Sequence record: PP582757.1
Source of the DNA: Klebsiella phage vB_KM5a1-KLB31
Strand: one strand, 5' to 3'
DNA length: 64,000 nt
The notes beneath the pieces were generated by a model that ran no database searches, was not told the DNA's origin, and worked only from the letters and a program-made list of their open reading frames with translations. A program made the position numbers and the translations under genes. Positions 62,053-64,000 of the stretch are shown here, piece after piece (within the stretch, counting starts at the first letter, position 1; each line of letters starts with the position of its first letter).

Positions 62053-62106
62053 TATCTCCTTTTAGTGTGTAGAGTGATAGTAACACAACTAAAAGGAGAT
62101 GTAAAC
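62053..62106 (-). promoter_or_regulatory. early promoter E12 for regB (GTTTAC-17-TACTAT) in a perfect 13-bp inverted repeat ATCTCCTTTTAGT...ACTAAAAGGAGAT whose 3-prime arm is the SD
   Basis: Minus strand GTTTAC ATCTCCTTTTAGTTGTG TTACTAT CACTCTACACACTAAAAGGAGATAAAAATG. Confidence 0.6.
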
Positions 62107-62107
62107 A

Positions 62108-62362
62108 CTATGGATAGAACGGGGTTAAAGACCAAGATTCTTTAGAAACTTTGTCGGCGAAAGCCATCATTTCTTCGATTTGACGCAGACGTTGGTCCGC
62201 ATAATCTTCTTCACCTTCTTCCTTACATGCTTCAAGGTCTTCTTCGAGATATTTCAAGTACTCGTTACAAATCTTGTTGACCTTTTCTTGAAAGTCCATC
62301 AGACCCGCTACAGTGCTCATCAGTATTTCTCTTCTGGCTGGAAAACTGCACGGCATGCCCAC
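62108..62362 (-). CDS. hypothetical protein
   Basis: 84 aa. Confidence 0.35.
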   Translation of the reverse strand: MGMPCSFPARREILMSTVAGLMDFQEKVNKICNEYLKYLEEDLEACKEEGEEDYADQRLRQIEEMMAFADKVSKESWSLTPFYP

Positions 62363-62649
62363 ATAGAGGCTTCTTTCAGTTTCTCTTTAGCGATACGCAT
62401 AGCATCACAGGCAGACAGAGCTTGGTCTAGTTCATTCTCGGACAAGCCTTCGCTGTTGACATAGACTTCAGTGAGCTCTTCGTCTAGGGTTTTAAAAATT
62501 AGACCAAGACGTTCTTCAGCATCTTTGATGGCATTTACTTTACCGATTTTATCTTCGGTATGCGGACGATAACCCTTAATATCTTCAATCGACATAAGGC
62601 ACCTCTTCATCGGTTTCTTTATCATATTCGACCAAGCGAATAGGTTCAT
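62320..62649 (-). CDS. hypothetical protein
   Basis: 109 aa. Confidence 0.35.
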   Translation of the reverse strand: MNLFAWSNMIKKPMKRCLMSIEDIKGYRPHTEDKIGKVNAIKDAEERLGLIFKTLDEELTEVYVNSEGLSENELDQALSACDAMRIAKEKLKEASMWACRAVFQPEEKY

Positions 62650-62839
62650 TCACACCATAACCACGAGTAGAAATATAAGTGGTAGCATCTTCCCACTTCA
62701 TAGTTTCTTCGTTCCAGACACCATTCTGGTGAGCTTCCATAAAGTCTTGCTCACCTTGATTACTGAACCAGCCACAAAATGATTCCACTAAATGTGGCGC
62801 GCATTCGATAACAATTTTCGCCATGTTGGCTCCAAACAA
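62585..62839 (-). CDS. hypothetical protein
   Basis: 84 aa. Confidence 0.35.
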   Translation of the reverse strand: MFGANMAKIVIECAPHLVESFCGWFSNQGEQDFMEAHQNGVWNEETMKWEDATTYISTRGYGVNEPIRLVEYDKETDEEVPYVD

Positions 62840-63138
62840 ATAATCTTACGATCGTAAGTGATAAGGCTTGAAGTTTTGATACCCTTACAAGGACCAGAGA
62901 TAAACTCTACTTCAAACCACGGATGCTCATTCATCAGACCAAGGTCTGGTGCTGTGCAAGTGAATAATGAGCCCTTAAAAGGCCCATCTAAAAATCGATG
63001 AAGACGAGGAGGCAAATGAGTTTTGCCAGAGAAATTAATATGAGCCAGCTTAACCAGTGTCTCAACGTTGCACTTACCCGAATCAATAAAGAAACGGAGC
63101 CATTCAGAAGCATTTTTAAAGCCCATATAATTCATCAT
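62788..63138 (-). CDS. hypothetical protein
   Basis: 116 aa. Confidence 0.35.
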   Translation of the reverse strand: MMNYMGFKNASEWLRFFIDSGKCNVETLVKLAHINFSGKTHLPPRLHRFLDGPFKGSLFTCTAPDLGLMNEHPWFEVEFISGPCKGIKTSSLITYDRKIICLEPTWRKLLSNARHI

Positions 63139-63656
63139 TGTATTCCCATCACAAAGAACAGAGGATATTTGGCCCCACTTGTACGGGTAGCCAGTTTTAC
63201 GTTGTCTTCATACGCCTTATAAAACTTGTAAATTTCAGGCATCTTTGAACAAGGTTCATCAATTATAACTAAGACACGTGAAAGCGAAGTACCACGATAA
63301 GGTCTGTCACCAGAATCAGACAGAAAGCTACGCATTGAATGCGAAAATATTTGCAGTGGATTTATTTTAACATACTTATGCATGCATTTAATACGAATAC
63401 GGTCTTCTGTCGCTTTAGCATAAGAGCTATTATAAGCCAAACAAATTACCGTACCGCCTTCGTCAATCCAGTCTGCAGCAAATAAGGCTACTGCTTCGGT
63501 TTTACCGCTTTGACGGCCTGCATCAAGACGAAGTGTGCAATATTCTTGCATATTTGCTATACGGTCTTGTTCGTATTTTTGATTACTTAAAACATCGTCA
63601 GCATGGGCATGAAACGCATGCATCAGGGTCAAGTATGGAGCTGTAAGATATTTCAT
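63135..63656 (-). CDS. P-loop NTPase-like protein (start at MKYLTAPY; track N-terminal extension runs into a repeat element)
   Basis: Walker A LDAGRQSGKTEA, Walker B-like VLVIIDEP. Confidence 0.4.
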   Translation of the reverse strand: MKYLTAPYLTLMHAFHAHADDVLSNQKYEQDRIANMQEYCTLRLDAGRQSGKTEAVALFAADWIDEGGTVICLAYNSSYAKATEDRIRIKCMHKYVKINPLQIFSHSMRSFLSDSGDRPYRGTSLSRVLVIIDEPCSKMPEIYKFYKAYEDNVKLATRTSGAKYPLFFVMGIQ

Positions 63657-63725
63657 TTTTGGATTCTCGGTTGGTTGGGCCGTTCCTTGGCACATTATGG
63701 TCCATTCGATACCACGTGTAAACCC

Positions 63726-63957
63726 CTTACCGTCGCGGACTGGCCTTATTACAGGCGGGAAAGGCCCATCACTCAAAGAGGAGAGGGTTGGTTCACCTTT
63801 TTCCATCCATGTTAATTATCCATCAGCCATCGGGATTGATGGGACCCTGATTGTAACTGGCTTTACCGCGCTCGGGCTCGACCTTGTTACAGGTGGGAAA
63901 AGGTACATCACTCAGAGGACACGACGTTCATGAGGAGAGGTTCGGTTCACCTTTATT
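63726..63957. repeat. tandem pair of related GC-rich elements, about 80-95 bp each
   Basis: Copy 1 63726..63804 and copy 2 63862..63957 share taccg.gc.cgg.ct.g.cctt.ttacagg.gggaaa.gg..catcactca.agagga...gag.gtt.ggttcaccttt; each contains a GGCCTT...AAGGCC-type stem. Confidence 0.4.
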
Positions 63958-63961
63958 AGAT

Positions 63962-64000
63962 TAGCGAGCAGCGTTAGCTACTTCGTAAGCATATTCCACG
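63962..64000 (-). CDS. C-terminal end of a gene continuing beyond the window
   Basis: Minus strand reads ...VEYAYEVANAAR* with TAA at 63962. Confidence 0.3.

Noticed and set aside
63657-63806. N-terminal 50-aa extension of the P-loop ATPase ORF
   Set aside because: Extension runs through a GC-rich repeat element and has atypical Pro/Gly-rich composition; internal Met at 63656 preferred.
63690-64000. tRNA genes in the GC-rich tandem repeat
   Set aside because: Could not fold either copy into a cloverleaf (no 7-bp acceptor stem or canonical T-loop GTTCRA). Kept only as an unexplained repeat.
1-64000. CRISPR arrays, rRNA genes, integrases or transposases
   Set aside because: No direct-repeat/spacer periodicity, no rRNA-like conserved blocks and no recombinase motifs seen. 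The window is a lytic phage replication and accessory region.

Overview
This window looks like the first 64 kb of a T4-like (Tevenvirinae) myovirus genome. It opens at the stop codon of rIIA and runs through the classic T4 early/middle region, almost entirely on the minus strand. Recognisable T4 genes in order are: rIIA, topoisomerase gene 39 (fused 39+60, no gene 60 split), dexA, dda, a Mod-like ADP-ribosyltransferase, soc, 56, 61, 41, uvsX, 42, 43, regA, 62, 44, 45, 46, 47, 55, 49, nrdC, tk and regB. Between them sit many small accessory ORFs. T4 alpha- and beta-glucosyltransferases and nrdD/nrdG are absent from their T4 positions. The most interesting region is a translationally coupled module from gene 43 to uvsX. 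It combines a sugar-nucleotide pathway (SIS sugar-phosphate isomerase, HAD phosphatase, fused nucleotidyltransferase plus APH-like kinase, a candidate transferase in the beta-gt slot, a P-loop kinase) with a peptidase-U32-like protein fused by ATGA overlap to a chorismate-mutase-like protein and to dCMP hydroxymethylase. That architecture suggests a prephenate-dependent hydroxylase system tied to hydroxymethylcytosine hypermodification. Other notable features: (1) 14 early-promoter cassettes (GTTTAC-17-TAtnAT) embedded in inverted repeats that often sequester the Shine-Dalgarno; (2) UUCG-tetraloop terminators fused to MotA-box middle promoters; (3) a plus-strand collagen-repeat gene with a perfect late promoter TATAAATA set back-to-back with an early promoter; (4) a large SGNH/GDSL esterase; (5) macro-domain, pol-beta NTase-like and ART-like accessory proteins; (6) an ORF interrupted by an in-frame TAA; (7) a tandem GC-rich repeat near the window end. 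All product calls come from reading motifs and remembered homologs, not from database searches.
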